A stretch of DNA of 53,475 nt, taken from IMG/VR virus record IMGVR_UViG_3300028388_004078, positions 1 through 53,475 of that record; one strand, 5' to 3'. The translations under genes were made by a program, and so were the position numbers. Each line of letters opens with the position of its first letter. The stretch's first letter is position 1. Origin of the DNA: a virus (taxonomy: Duplodnaviria > Caudoviricetes). Of this stretch, positions 35,931-46,332 are shown in pieces. Under the pieces are notes generated by a model, which was not told the origin of the DNA, ran no database searches, and was given only the letters and a program-made list of their open reading frames with translations.

Positions 35931-36185
35931 ATGGAGGACGACATGACAGACTGGTATGAGCGGAGACACGAACTGGAACCGGACATGGTGTTCACGGACT
36001 ACGAAGGAGACCTCGTGAAACTCGACCGGCGGGTACCGGGCGACGGAACACAGTGGTACGTGGCTGTGTGGTGCAACGGCGGATGGAGCTACGAGGACCA
36101 CAGCATCGAGCCGGGTGATCTGGTGACCAAGGTCGATGAGGCCAAGGTTCTGTCGGGAGACTATGTGACGGAGGTGACGGTATGA
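35931..36185 (+). CDS. Hypothetical protein
   Basis: First gene of a coupled plus-strand run. Confidence 0.6.
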   Translation: MEDDMTDWYERRHELEPDMVFTDYEGDLVKLDRRVPGDGTQWYVAVWCNGGWSYEDHSIEPGDLVTKVDEAKVLSGDYVTEVTV

Positions 36186-36418
36186 GCACGATCCCAAGCA
36201 CCAAGGAAGAATTCATGAAAGACTGTGCGAAGTTTACCCGTGTCATGGGTGATAAGAGGCACACACAAGCGCAGGTTTCCGGGGCACACAAGGCGCTGAC
36301 CTTGCGATACCTCGGACTGACGCCTGACACGCCTTCGGAAGACGTTGAACTGTGCGCCATGCACCTCAAGATTGCCACCGAAGGTGCGATGGCCCGTGGA
36401 TGGGAGTTGGGATCATGA
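36182..36418 (+). CDS. Hypothetical protein
   Basis: ATGA coupling. Confidence 0.6.
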   Translation: MSTIPSTKEEFMKDCAKFTRVMGDKRHTQAQVSGAHKALTLRYLGLTPDTPSEDVELCAMHLKIATEGAMARGWELGS

Positions 36419-36678
36419 TCGGCTGCGAACACATCAGGATCGAAACGACGCAGGAATGGCCCACCGTGTGGGAACTGTCGCACATCGACTACCGGGGGGG
36501 TCGGAATGTCATCGCTGAATTCAGGGATGGTCCGCTGCAACGCCGACTGGTGTTGGAAACGGCGAATGCTGCTGCCCGCGAAAAGCTGGTCGGGATCATC
36601 GAGATCGGTGCGAGTGCCGATAATCTCGCCAAGCTGGACGGCCTGCATGGCGGATTCAGGATCGACGCGGATTGGTAA
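36415..36678 (+). CDS. Hypothetical protein
   Basis: ATGA coupling, MIGCEH. Confidence 0.55.
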   Translation: MIGCEHIRIETTQEWPTVWELSHIDYRGGRNVIAEFRDGPLQRRLVLETANAAAREKLVGIIEIGASADNLAKLDGLHGGFRIDADW

Positions 36679-36747
36679 GAACAATTCGTTGACGTGCCCG
36701 CACGAATCAGGCAGAAGTAAGGTACAGCAAAAAAGAAAGGAACCCAG

Positions 36748-37002
36748 ATGGCACTTTTCAACAAAGAACCCCGCAAATTCTTAGTCCAAGGACGGACCCC
36801 TTTCCCGATGGACATGTTGCGGTACGACTCCTGCTACCCGCAAACCACAGAAGACGCGGCGAAAATTGCCCGGTCGATTAAGAACCGTCCGGAGCGTCGT
36901 GAGATCGCCTTGGCAACGCACTCCCCCAGCGTCACGAATGGGCGGTGGTCCAGCCATGGCTGGCGCATCATCGAAGCATCCGATGAGTTGCGGATAAGGT
37001 GA
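36748..37002 (+). CDS. Hypothetical protein
   Basis: FPMDMLRYDSCYP motif; promoter and RBS. Confidence 0.7.
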   Translation: MALFNKEPRKFLVQGRTPFPMDMLRYDSCYPQTTEDAAKIARSIKNRPERREIALATHSPSVTNGRWSSHGWRIIEASDELRIR

Positions 37003-37046
37003 TCGACGCTCGCTGGATAAAGTGCCACATAAAGAAAGGAACCCAG

Positions 37047-37334
37047 ATGACCATCCTCGACGCATACATCGCAGAGCGTAACGTTCTTCGCCGCCTGTTC
37101 AACCAGCCGGAATTCGCTCAGAAGGGCACGCTGTCAGGCCATGACGCCGCTTCTCTCTACTTCTGCCTCGATGGCGATCTCGCCCCCGAAGTCCTGACGG
37201 CAGACGGTGAGGCGTCAACTGATTTCGTGCGTCGGCGTGGTGCCTTCCTCCGAAATGCCGTGCGGGAACTGGACGCTCTGGGCTTTCACCGTCCGCCCGA
37301 TGTGTTTGGGCTTCCCGAGCAGCGGGCTGCGTGA
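37047..37334 (+). CDS. Hypothetical protein
   Basis: RBS AAGAAAGGAACCCAGATG identical to that of the previous gene; DLAPEVLTADGE. Confidence 0.65.
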   Translation: MTILDAYIAERNVLRRLFNQPEFAQKGTLSGHDAASLYFCLDGDLAPEVLTADGEASTDFVRRRGAFLRNAVRELDALGFHRPPDVFGLPEQRAA

Positions 37335-37945
37335 TGGACTGGATCAAAATCAGCAACGAGCCAACCATCACGGGGAAATATCTGGTGGGTCACGGCGGTC
37401 ACGCCGAACTGATCCACTTTCTTGCGGATGACAAAGACTGGGTACATACGGCAAAAACGGGCTGGCAAAAAGACCCGCGTTCGTTCGGTGCCACGCACTG
37501 GGCGGAGGTGTCGGACGTTCCGAGGTCCGACGAGCCGCGTCAAACGCTCACGAGCCTGCCGAAGGGCGCAGTGATCATTGTTTCGCGGGATTGCTATGCG
37601 AACAAGCGGCGCTACGGGACGTACAATACCGTCGTTCAGAAAAAATGGGGACCGTTCACGTGGAATGTCAAGGCTAGACTGCCTCGGTATGACAGCACGC
37701 CGGTTACGCTCAAAAAGGGAACCCGTGGGATTGTCCTGCGTACGGATGTCGTCAAGGGTGTCTACACATACCATGTGCTGATCGACAGCGAGGGCAACAA
37801 AGCCCACGGAAAAGTGGTTGTGTTCACGGAGAGAACGGGCTACAACTTCTACCCAGAAGCCGATCACTTCTTCGAGCGCAGTCGTCGAGGTATTGTTCAC
37901 AGCACCTACAATGGCGACCGCCTGCTCGATCCCGAAGCCTACTAG
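37331..37945 (+). CDS. Hypothetical protein with DUF551-like N-terminus
   Basis: WIKIS..P...ATHW. Confidence 0.6.
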   Translation: MMDWIKISNEPTITGKYLVGHGGHAELIHFLADDKDWVHTAKTGWQKDPRSFGATHWAEVSDVPRSDEPRQTLTSLPKGAVIIVSRDCYANKRRYGTYNTVVQKKWGPFTWNVKARLPRYDSTPVTLKKGTRGIVLRTDVVKGVYTYHVLIDSEGNKAHGKVVVFTERTGYNFYPEADHFFERSRRGIVHSTYNGDRLLDPEAY

Positions 37946-37954
37946 GAGGACCCC

Positions 37955-38473
37955 ATGCACGAAACACACAAATTTCTGATCGGCTCGATCCCGCACCTCG
38001 GAACCGGTATGATGTTCGAAGACATCGTGGCATCGCCGGACAATCCGGAAGGGGGTATACCCCATGATGAATTCGAAGGGACCCATGACCTGATCCAATG
38101 GCTGTTCCCGACGATGACTGCATCGAAATGTCAGCCCCAAACTCCCGTCTTGACATGGGAGGACGTGACGGCTATGCATGCAGATGAGATGATTCCTCCT
38201 GCAATGGTTCGGGCGAACCAGTTCATGCGCCGCTTCTACAGCGGGCCTGTCGGAAAGCCCCGCCTTTTGGCGCACCGGGATCATAACCATCTTCGGATCA
38301 CGCGTGTGATCGAAAGCCTATCCCTGCTGCACAGCCCCCAACTGGCGCAGGAATTTCTTCGGTTTATCAACCAAACAAATTCGTCAAACGGCTACCCGGT
38401 GAACATGGATTCGGTAGTATTCTGGAACAAAGCTCGTTTCTACGGGGACAGGATGCGGGCAATCAACCGGTAG
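37955..38473 (+). CDS. OGFr-N domain protein
   Basis: HDLIQWLFP and HNHLRITRVIESL motifs. Confidence 0.85.
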   Translation: MHETHKFLIGSIPHLGTGMMFEDIVASPDNPEGGIPHDEFEGTHDLIQWLFPTMTASKCQPQTPVLTWEDVTAMHADEMIPPAMVRANQFMRRFYSGPVGKPRLLAHRDHNHLRITRVIESLSLLHSPQLAQEFLRFINQTNSSNGYPVNMDSVVFWNKARFYGDRMRAINR

Positions 38474-40097
38474 CAATCTTTCCCATTCCCCTCTTGCGTC
38501 CGCCACCTGCGCGGGCGTAAGCCAAATATTGAGACACGCTGTCAACGTAGTCGTCATTTTTCCCGTTCGGGAAGACAAATAATTCCGACTCTACATCTGC
38601 AATCCAATCGTTGCCGCTTTCAGGCAGAAACACTTCTGCTGCGGCGAACATTGGCGTTACACCATCAAAACGGAAATCCTTGGACTGCTGCTTTGTAGCA
38701 ATGGCAATGACCGGAGCAAAGCCCGGTTGTTCCTTTCGGACCTGAATGTACTGCGTACCTGCGCCACGGTCTTCGACCAGAATCTGGTCCACTTCCCAAG
38801 ACTTCGCAATGTGTTCGATCCATTTGACCTGATCGTTGAACTCCTTACGGATTCGTGCGGCGTGTACAAGATAATGCTTACGGTCCACTGTCTCAATCCA
38901 GACCGTCGCCGCAGAATAGTCTGCACGTTGGTTTGCCTTTTCGGCAAGGTCAACGGACAGGCTGACACGCTTCACCACCTTCTCTACCAAGGTTCCATCA
39001 GATCGAACTTTGTCCTGCGGCATGGATTTCCAGCGATGCACATCCTCCCGCTTCAAAATACCACCTTCCTCGTCGGTAGGCACGCCTTGATACAAGGAAT
39101 TCCACGAACGACCTGTGATCCCTCGCTTCTTTGCAAGGTACCAGTCTGTCCCGAAGACCTCGGGCCAGAGACCTTCACCGGGTTTGCGTCCCAGAGGGTC
39201 GTTATCCACCGCAATCGCCGGGATGTTAATGACCTCCCACGGGTAATCCGAAATGCCGTCAGCCATCTTGTTCAGTTCGTGTCCAATCAAGTCATCTTCA
39301 TGCCAGCGAGTCGCAACAATGAAGATGGGGGAACCGGGCATGGGGCGCGTCGAGAAGTCATCCTCAAACCACGCATGTAATTTCTTTCGGCTGGTGGGGC
39401 TTTCGGCGTCTTCCCGAGATGCAACCGGGTCGTCAATGGCTGCAATCTCTGCGCGGAAACCGGAAATACCAACACCCACGCCGACTGCCTTATAAGATCC
39501 TTTTCCAGCGGTGAACTCAAAGAAGTCAGCAGAGGCGGAAGACGCGGATAGACCCATTTCAGGGAAAACATCACGATACCGTTCATCCGAGATCAAGCGG
39601 CGAACGGGTTTTCCTAGCTGGTCCTTCGCAAACGTCTGTGTGTGCGCGCCTTGCAACCAGCGGTCGTTCGGGCGGCGTCCTAGGTGCCAAGCAGGGAACA
39701 GTTTCGAAGCATACGTACTTTTTGCCGACCCCGGTGGAAGTGAAATAGCAAGACGCATGATGTCCTTGTTATGTACCGATTCCATGTGGTCGATCAAGAA
39801 CTCATGGTGCAGCGCCGGGGCCTCTGTCCGAGACATATATTCACAAAATGGCGAAAAGCGGTACGGGGCGGCTGCCAAAAGAGCCGCGTCATATTGCTCA
39901 TCAATTGTTTTTCGAAGGTGCTTTAGAACCCGCAACTGGTTAGGAAGCTCCGAAGTCTCCGTCATCGTGCGGATACCAAGCTCCAGTGCCGGTTCAAGTG
40001 GCTTTTGCTTTCGAATGGCTTCATCACACTTCTCGATGAAGATATCGAATTGAGCTATTGCTGATCGAAAGTTTGCACGTTCAGCTAGGGTTATCAT
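38463..40097 (-). CDS. terL: Terminase large subunit
   Basis: Walker A PPGSAKS, Walker B IDDP, TRWHEDDL, nuclease DDYVDS. Confidence 0.95.
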   Translation of the reverse strand: MITLAERANFRSAIAQFDIFIEKCDEAIRKQKPLEPALELGIRTMTETSELPNQLRVLKHLRKTIDEQYDAALLAAAPYRFSPFCEYMSRTEAPALHHEFLIDHMESVHNKDIMRLAISLPPGSAKSTYASKLFPAWHLGRRPNDRWLQGAHTQTFAKDQLGKPVRRLISDERYRDVFPEMGLSASSASADFFEFTAGKGSYKAVGVGVGISGFRAEIAAIDDPVASREDAESPTSRKKLHAWFEDDFSTRPMPGSPIFIVATRWHEDDLIGHELNKMADGISDYPWEVINIPAIAVDNDPLGRKPGEGLWPEVFGTDWYLAKKRGITGRSWNSLYQGVPTDEEGGILKREDVHRWKSMPQDKVRSDGTLVEKVVKRVSLSVDLAEKANQRADYSAATVWIETVDRKHYLVHAARIRKEFNDQVKWIEHIAKSWEVDQILVEDRGAGTQYIQVRKEQPGFAPVIAIATKQQSKDFRFDGVTPMFAAAEVFLPESGNDWIADVESELFVFPNGKNDDYVDSVSQYLAYARAGGGRKRGMGKIATG

Positions 40098-40612
40098 TGT
40101 TTTTCTTCCGGTGTTACGTCAATCATTTCTGGCCCCGGGTTTTCCCGAGCAGCACGAATAACGTCAGCGGTGTTTTCAAGAAGACGATTCACATCTTTGA
40201 TGTTCAGCTTCGGCGCATCGGCATCTTCTTCGTTTTCTTTAGCCTTACCTTCCAGTTCCAAAAGCTTTTGGATATTGGAGACGGCAGTGTTTGCAGGATC
40301 AAACTTACCAGCAGCAAGCGCTTTCTCATAGATGTTCTTGAATGATTCCGCTACCCATTCCATGGTGAGGCCCATATCTGCTAGGTCACCAAAGGTTTTC
40401 TCACTCGGATTTTTCATCGCCACCTGAATCTTTTGGGCGACTTCCTTTTTCAGTTCCTCAACGCGAGCAATGACGGCGGGGCTGGCAGCAAGGCGAGATG
40501 CCCCGGCGGGATTCTGGTTATATCCGGCCTGAGAATACGCCTTTGTCTGGGACAACCCTCTTGCGAGGTGCCCAGCAAAAGCTTCATGCTTTGGGTTGTC
40601 GAGCTTTGGCAT
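40094..40612 (-). CDS. terS: Terminase small subunit
   Basis: LDNPKHEAFA..AY..AGY HTH directly upstream of TerL. Confidence 0.85.
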   Translation of the reverse strand: MPKLDNPKHEAFAGHLARGLSQTKAYSQAGYNQNPAGASRLAASPAVIARVEELKKEVAQKIQVAMKNPSEKTFGDLADMGLTMEWVAESFKNIYEKALAAGKFDPANTAVSNIQKLLELEGKAKENEEDADAPKLNIKDVNRLLENTADVIRAARENPGPEMIDVTPEEKQ

Positions 40613-40826
40613 CTTTCAGGAACCGGATTCTTTCTTTGATCAGTTTTTGCTTCACCATTAAAGCAGCAGAGGTTCGGCATCGGGACAAACCGACACCGAA
40701 CCTGCAAATATAAGGATCATTTCCAGCCGCTACACAACGAGCAAACATTTCGTGTTTCTCATTACCTAGTTCTTCGCTTCGGGAAAAAATTGTTTGTTCC
40801 TCTGATTTGTTTTTCTGTGCTGCCAT
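40584..40826 (-). CDS. TerS-HTH-like small protein
   Basis: LGNEKHEMFA resembles the TerS N-terminus. Confidence 0.55.
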   Translation of the reverse strand: MAAQKNKSEEQTIFSRSEELGNEKHEMFARCVAAGNDPYICRFGVGLSRCRTSAALMVKQKLIKERIRFLKDAKARQPKA

Positions 40827-40919
40827 AACTCGTACTTGAATATTTTTTCCTGCCGACAGTTTTCTGTGGTCTGGTGTTTCTTACTAATCTGGCCGTTTTA
40901 TCGCCCTCGGACTCTACGG

Positions 40920-40967
40920 TCACTTTTTCTTCCCGCCTTTTCCTTTGCCTTTACCTTTGTACGGCAT
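40920..40967 (-). CDS. 15-aa Lys/Gly micro-peptide
   Basis: MPYKGKGKGKGGKKK* with GGAG RBS right after the resolvase stop. Confidence 0.5.
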   Translation of the reverse strand: MPYKGKGKGKGGKKK

Positions 40968-40968
40968 A

Positions 40969-41490
40969 TCAGACTCCACCTATCAAGGTTAGTGGTCGGC
41001 TCGGGACCCGACCTAGTTCTAGTGCCCCATAGAGCGCCAACAAAGCAGCTTCCGCACGACCGTCAAGGGTTCCGCCTCGGGGTCCTTTGAACGCGGTTGC
41101 TGCGCCGGGAATTAACTGGGATGCGCGGGCGCACGCAGCTTTTTTGTCAGCAGGCACGTGCATATCCTTTTTCCATTTTGAGGGTTTGATCTGAGTTATT
41201 GGTGCACCTAGAGCGGCGACAACGCCCCGGATCATCCCTTTCCCCTGACCAAAGTTGAAAGCCGAAGTTACCCCCATTTGAGGGGACGAAAAAACTTCTT
41301 CCATGTAAACGTGTTCTACATCATGCGCCTTTAACGCTTCCGCAATCGCGTATGGGTCAATCTCAGTTCGGTTTTTTGTAGTCATGAATTCAAAAGTAGG
41401 CATATCCAAAATACGGATAGCGGCGTTCTCATAGGATAAGAACGCCAAAGCACCGGAATTTCCGGGGTCAATGCCAACCACTACACCCAT
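40969..41490 (-). CDS. RuvC-like Holliday junction resolvase
   Basis: GIDPG, EEV, SAFNFG, PSKWK, DGRAEA motifs. Confidence 0.85.
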   Translation of the reverse strand: MGVVVGIDPGNSGALAFLSYENAAIRILDMPTFEFMTTKNRTEIDPYAIAEALKAHDVEHVYMEEVFSSPQMGVTSAFNFGQGKGMIRGVVAALGAPITQIKPSKWKKDMHVPADKKAACARASQLIPGAATAFKGPRGGTLDGRAEAALLALYGALELGRVPSRPLTLIGGV

Positions 41491-41517
41491 ACATTTATTC
41501 CTGTGTCATACACAAAA

Positions 41518-41862
41518 TCAACCAGTATAATCTGGAAATTCGTACGAGAAAGGCTTTCGAATTGGGCGCCGTAAGCGTCGCATTTCAGAGTATGCCGCGA
41601 TTGTGCTATCGTATCTTTTACGCTCGTACTCAATCCGCTCCAAGTCTTGTTTGGTGATGCAGACATAGGGGAGCGGTACACCGTTTTTAACAGCCCTTCG
41701 GTAAACCGAAATCTTGCAAGAATCTGGGACAGTAGTAAACGGAACAAGATCACCTTCATAACGAACAAGAAAAGACTTATTACCATCGGAATCTACCGCT
41801 GGGTCAAACTCTTCTGGTTCAAGTTGTGTAAACCATTTCATAAGTGATTTAAGCATTTTCAA
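41518..41862 (-). CDS. Hypothetical protein
   Basis: ORF co-oriented with neighbours. Confidence 0.5.
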   Translation of the reverse strand: MKMLKSLMKWFTQLEPEEFDPAVDSDGNKSFLVRYEGDLVPFTTVPDSCKISVYRRAVKNGVPLPYVCITKQDLERIEYERKRYDSTIAAYSEMRRLRRPIRKPFSYEFPDYTG

Positions 41863-42007
41863 TTACCCTTTCTGATCGGCGCAAGCCGTTTAGATGCCAA
41901 AACTCAATCAAACTATTATTTTGAAGCTCGCTCACGTACTTCTTCTCGCTTTTTGGCCTGTTCAAATTCAAGCTCTGCCCGCGTCGGTGTTTTCTATCGT
42001 CACCGCA

Positions 42008-42577
42008 TCACAATACCTTTTGGTTAATTGCTGCTGACATAGGCGTACCCCCTGTTGGAAAATTGTCGGGTCCCTTACAGCCTTTAAGCGGAATAACCTT
42101 CAAAACTTCCTCGGCATGTACTCTAATCTTTTTTCCGGGGCGTCCTAACTGCTCGCCATATGCGACAGCTTCGCGGCGAAGTACGTCTTCTACACGGACT
42201 TTGATCTCGGTGTCGCCTATTCTAGCAACGACAGCTTCCCCCTTCTTTGCAGGAAACCGCACGTTGTTCTCCATGACCCACCGGTGTACCAGCGTGGTCT
42301 TGATAAACTTCAAGCGCGAGAACGCCCGGTCAAAAATGCGAATGAGGTCTGCGTCGGAGGGCCAGCCGAGGAAATCTTCGAGGTACCTGCCCGTCATATA
42401 AGCGTCGGTAGTTTCCTGCATTGCCAGTGTGACCACCGCTAGGAACTCCCGATCATCTCCGCCCACAATACCAGCCGACGACGCCCAGTAACGTACGTCA
42501 TCAAGAATTTCTTTTGCAGCGAGTGCTTTCGCGTCTGGATGGTTCCACGTAGGACGAGGTGGATATGAATTTTGCAT
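42008..42577 (-). CDS. Hypothetical protein
   Basis: ORF starting MQNSYPPRP. Confidence 0.6.
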   Translation of the reverse strand: MQNSYPPRPTWNHPDAKALAAKEILDDVRYWASSAGIVGGDDREFLAVVTLAMQETTDAYMTGRYLEDFLGWPSDADLIRIFDRAFSRLKFIKTTLVHRWVMENNVRFPAKKGEAVVARIGDTEIKVRVEDVLRREAVAYGEQLGRPGKKIRVHAEEVLKVIPLKGCKGPDNFPTGGTPMSAAINQKVL

Positions 42578-42970
42578 GGGTATCCCCGAATTTGTCTCAC
42601 ATATTGCTCCACAAAAAAGCACATGTCAAGCCCATGCGGTTCGGTGGGCATAAAAAACGTCTCGGTCGCAGGTTCGAACACTGTCGCAACCACCAAATAA
42701 AAGGCCCCCGCCCGGTAAGGTCGCATGCGTGACGGCGTCCGACACGAGCGCAGATCATGTTGACGACCAGCCTGTGTGCGTTGTCAAATCTTGTCCAAAA
42801 TTCGTGGAAATTTCCTGTTGACTGTGTGCGCAAGAAGGAGATGACTTCATCCAGCTTCTTCGAGCGCGGTGACCCGCGCGTTATCAGTCCTGTACCTACT
42901 TTAGGTCTCTCGCCTCCGCGATTCGGGGGAGCACCTTACGGCACGGCCACACCAGCCCAGTGAATCATAC

Positions 42971-43339
42971 AAAAGCGATCTCCATTTTGGTTACAGGAAT
43001 AAAAATAGCGAAATCACTTACACATTTGTGCTGGCTCCCGGAAATATACAAATAGCGATATCTCTTTCACTTACATCTAATACCTACGCCTCTGCTTCCC
43101 TAAAAAATATATATAACTAGAGAATATCCGGGGTTGCGGTGCGCAAATGCACGAAAAAATACACGTTTCGTTAACGAATCAATTCATGTAACCAAAAGAG
43201 AGATAGCGTTTGCTATATCTCCGGGAGCCAGACAATTCGTGTAACTTTTTCCGATACACATATTATTTCTTGTAACCAAAAGGGAGATAGCGTTTGCTAT
43301 ATCTCCGGGAGCCAGACAATTCGTGTAACTTTTTCCGAT
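42971..43339. repeat. Direct and inverted repeats, putative replication origin
   Basis: 69-bp direct repeat at 43187-43255 and 43271-43339 (one mismatch); diverged inverted copies at about 42971-43075; AT-rich core. Confidence 0.7.
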
Positions 43340-43400
43340 GCAGGTGTCGCGGTAGCACTTACAAAAACTTCTTGACATCCGCTGTCCTACATGCTACGAG

Positions 43401-44636
43401 ATGTGCCGTCAACAGAGGAAGACCAGAGACGTGATAGATGCGCCTGAGTTCGTTAGGGCCGTTGTTAAAGCGGCGTTAGCAGGTGAAAAGTACGAGCACG
43501 AGAACAAGACACTCGTGAATGTTCTGCACCGCCACGTCAACTATTACATAGACGAAGTGCCAGACGAGACGATTGTGGCAACTTTCGATGCCTTTGCAGA
43601 CCTCTGCACCGGTGATCGCGTCTACTCGAAGTTCGAGATCAACGAGGTGATGGACCCTTTGGGTATCTCTGCTGACCACTATTATGTGTACGCCCGCATC
43701 ATGTACGTTGCTAAAGGCGGCGAGAAGATGCCTGCCATGTATCAGGTCATCCAGAAGGGGACGGCGCTTGAGACGTTGCGCGCAGCATTGGACGCGCAGC
43801 GGCTATACGCCCGTGGCATCGTTCATTGTTCTCTGGCGAAAGGCGCGAAGTGGGTGGACCGCCATACGCCTATTGATCTTCTCAGCGACAGCGGACATAC
43901 GTTTTCGATGACCCCGAACGCGATCTATCATCGCCTAGAGGGGAAGTATAAATACACGAGCCTGTGCCCGAGGGAACGGCAGAACTCGGCTCCGCACAAG
44001 GCGCTGGCGCATGGCTACCGATGGCTTCACAAAGAGCAGCATCAGTGCTTGACATGCGGGTTTCACGTGAGAATGACGACAATCGAATTCCAACGGTCCA
44101 AGCCATGCCCCGGCTGTGATATGGATGGAGGCGAGAACGAAACAATATGGGCCGTACTCGATAGAGAGCCATACTGTCACGCATACGTCTGGGTCGGGCG
44201 TCGTCCAGATTGGATCAACGCCATACACGACCAAGTTGATATCGAACCTGTTTGGGGGATCATCCCCGAACATGCGATGGGTGAGAAACTTTTCTTTCAG
44301 CGCGTAAATCCCGGACGGGGTAGGCAACCGCTAGACGCGGAATACTTTCCAATCAAGGACAAGAACATTTCCGGAATCCAGTGGGCGGATGAGCCAAGCG
44401 ATGACGTGGTTCGGATGCTCACAAAAGTGGGAAGGCTGAACAGAGCAAAAGCGCTCCCCCACGCAATCGACTACATCGCTGGACGCGATCCGAACTCCCG
44501 CTACGCGGGTATTGACGGCTTCCTGCCTCTCAACACTTTCCACAACGCAGAATTTGTGCGTTGGGAGCAGGGGATACCCCAGTATGAATTCGAGGTAGAG
44601 GATAGTCCGATTGCGAAAGCTTTGGGATTGGCGTGA
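43401..44636 (+). CDS. Hypothetical protein with zinc ribbon (origin-adjacent)
   Basis: 411 aa; CLTCG..CPGC. Confidence 0.6.
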   Translation: MCRQQRKTRDVIDAPEFVRAVVKAALAGEKYEHENKTLVNVLHRHVNYYIDEVPDETIVATFDAFADLCTGDRVYSKFEINEVMDPLGISADHYYVYARIMYVAKGGEKMPAMYQVIQKGTALETLRAALDAQRLYARGIVHCSLAKGAKWVDRHTPIDLLSDSGHTFSMTPNAIYHRLEGKYKYTSLCPRERQNSAPHKALAHGYRWLHKEQHQCLTCGFHVRMTTIEFQRSKPCPGCDMDGGENETIWAVLDREPYCHAYVWVGRRPDWINAIHDQVDIEPVWGIIPEHAMGEKLFFQRVNPGRGRQPLDAEYFPIKDKNISGIQWADEPSDDVVRMLTKVGRLNRAKALPHAIDYIAGRDPNSRYAGIDGFLPLNTFHNAEFVRWEQGIPQYEFEVEDSPIAKALGLA

Positions 44637-45130
44637 TCCCTTAACTACTAATATAGTATCACTAATAGAAAAGAAGCCAAATAACGGATGTCATGATGAC
44701 CGTAACCAGTGGAATGGGTCCAAATATATCTGGGAAACATGATGCTACATCGAACCTATAGGTTGACGGCTCCACACTTTTGTGGTAGCGAAAACTGTTT
44801 CTCTTGAACATCTCACATCCCTAGCAGACCCTTTCGGTGGAGGCATCACATCCCGCGACCCGATGTTGAATGAAGAACGCCCGCGTGGGATACCGCCCCT
44901 ACCCTGCGTCGTGAACGGGCGGCGGTTTCAATCTATCAGCGCCCGCGCCTTCAAGACCAGTCCCGCGAACATCTCAGAACCGGTAAACCTCTGCCCGTCC
45001 CCTTCCATTGGGAAGTGGAGGGTGTGGATTTTGCCACGCTCGTGGAGGCGTGTGAGTTCTACGACACCACAATTCACTACATAAGAGGGGTTGCCAAGCG
45101 CATCGAGGAAGTGGCAGTGTGAGTTACTGA

Positions 45131-45191
45131 AACCGAATCAGTGCTGATCACAGTTCGGCTGACAAGTCGAACCGAATAAGTGCTGATCACA
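45131..45191. repeat. 22-bp direct repeat upstream of a gene
   Basis: AACCGAAT(C/A)AGTGCTGATCACA at 45131 and 45170. Confidence 0.8.
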
Positions 45192-45210
45192 TCATAAGGA
45201 GTAACTACAC

Positions 45211-45426
45211 ATGAGAATTTCCACATCCAAGTTTGGTGTTGGCGGCGTCATCGCTTTCTTCGCTTTCGCCTTCGCCATGCTCGCCGCATTCATCACCCAC
45301 ATCGTCTGGATCGTCACGACCCTCATGGCGAGCGAACCCACGACCGGGGGACAGATCGTGCTCGCCGTCCTCGGTGTTCTGGCACCGCCTGTGGGCGCGA
45401 TCCATGGCTTTGTGCTCTGGTTCTGA
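45211..45426 (+). CDS. Small two-helix membrane protein
   Basis: Hydrophobic; PVGAIHG motif. Confidence 0.7.
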   Translation: MRISTSKFGVGGVIAFFAFAFAMLAAFITHIVWIVTTLMASEPTTGGQIVLAVLGVLAPPVGAIHGFVLWF

Positions 45427-45510
45427 CATGCAATGGCAGGCGGATTGTTCCCCGGTATCGGATGGAGCCATTCTCCGCGCCCGTTTCAAAACATTGACAG
45501 GAGGAAATTG

Positions 45511-46332
45511 ATGTCTACTGATATCCCGACAAAAGCCTTACCCGCGCTGGGTGCAAATCTCAAAACGCCCCAAGCCGGAACATCCGATGATGTTGCGGCC
45601 CCTTTGTTGCATGATCCGATGCAAGCCGCCGAGGATTTTTCAGGCCAACCCTACAACCGCACGGGGCTGGGCTATATCATGCACGGGCACGGCGCACACA
45701 AAGACGCGGCTCTGTCTGCGCGTGGTGACACTGTGTTCTCCAATGGTCTCGACCGCTACGTCGATATCATCACCGGATATGGCTTCGTTCTGGCGGGAGA
45801 TTTTCCATTCATCGACCGCCGCTGGGATAATCGCGCCGAGAATTTCTATGTATACGTTCAGCCGGAACTCGGATTGGTTCTGGGATTCGACACGTTCGGT
45901 GCGTGCGAAGAAAAAGGGCGTCACGTCAACGACGGCACGGTCTACTACAATTGGAAGCCTGCAGACAAAAAAACGATGTCCGACTGCACGTCTTCGGGAA
46001 GGTTCCATAATTACGATACGGACCCCGTTTGGGTCGGATATCACGATGCCCGTGAGGCCCTGATCTTCAAAATGGAGCGACTGCGAAAACGGGGTGAACT
46101 TCTTTCGAAATGGGAATCCAATCCGTTCCTGTGGTTCCTGCACCACGACGATACTTACAACGCGCCCTATGAAGCGGCGCTAACGGAATGGTACAAGACT
46201 GATCGCTCGACGCCCGCCCCATGCAAGCGTGATTTCCCCGAAGACGACTACGACGCCATCAATCGGGAACGCATTGCAGCGATGCCATTGGTGCAAGAGA
46301 TCATTCAGCCCTACAAGGAGGGACTTGAATAA
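45511..46332 (+). CDS. Hypothetical protein
   Basis: Long ORF with RBS. Confidence 0.65.
   Translation: MSTDIPTKALPALGANLKTPQAGTSDDVAAPLLHDPMQAAEDFSGQPYNRTGLGYIMHGHGAHKDAALSARGDTVFSNGLDRYVDIITGYGFVLAGDFPFIDRRWDNRAENFYVYVQPELGLVLGFDTFGACEEKGRHVNDGTVYYNWKPADKKTMSDCTSSGRFHNYDTDPVWVGYHDAREALIFKMERLRKRGELLSKWESNPFLWFLHHDDTYNAPYEAALTEWYKTDRSTPAPCKRDFPEDDYDAINRERIAAMPLVQEIIQPYKEGLE

Noticed and set aside
43187-43339. CRISPR array or the 64-aa repeat ORF 43184-43378
   Set aside because: Only two 69-bp copies with a 15-bp gap; the ORF merely reflects the in-frame 84-bp period.
44640-45084. Intact gene
   Set aside because: Only a fragment (VNGRRFQSIS) reminiscent of homing endonuclease DNA-binding modules; too degraded to call.
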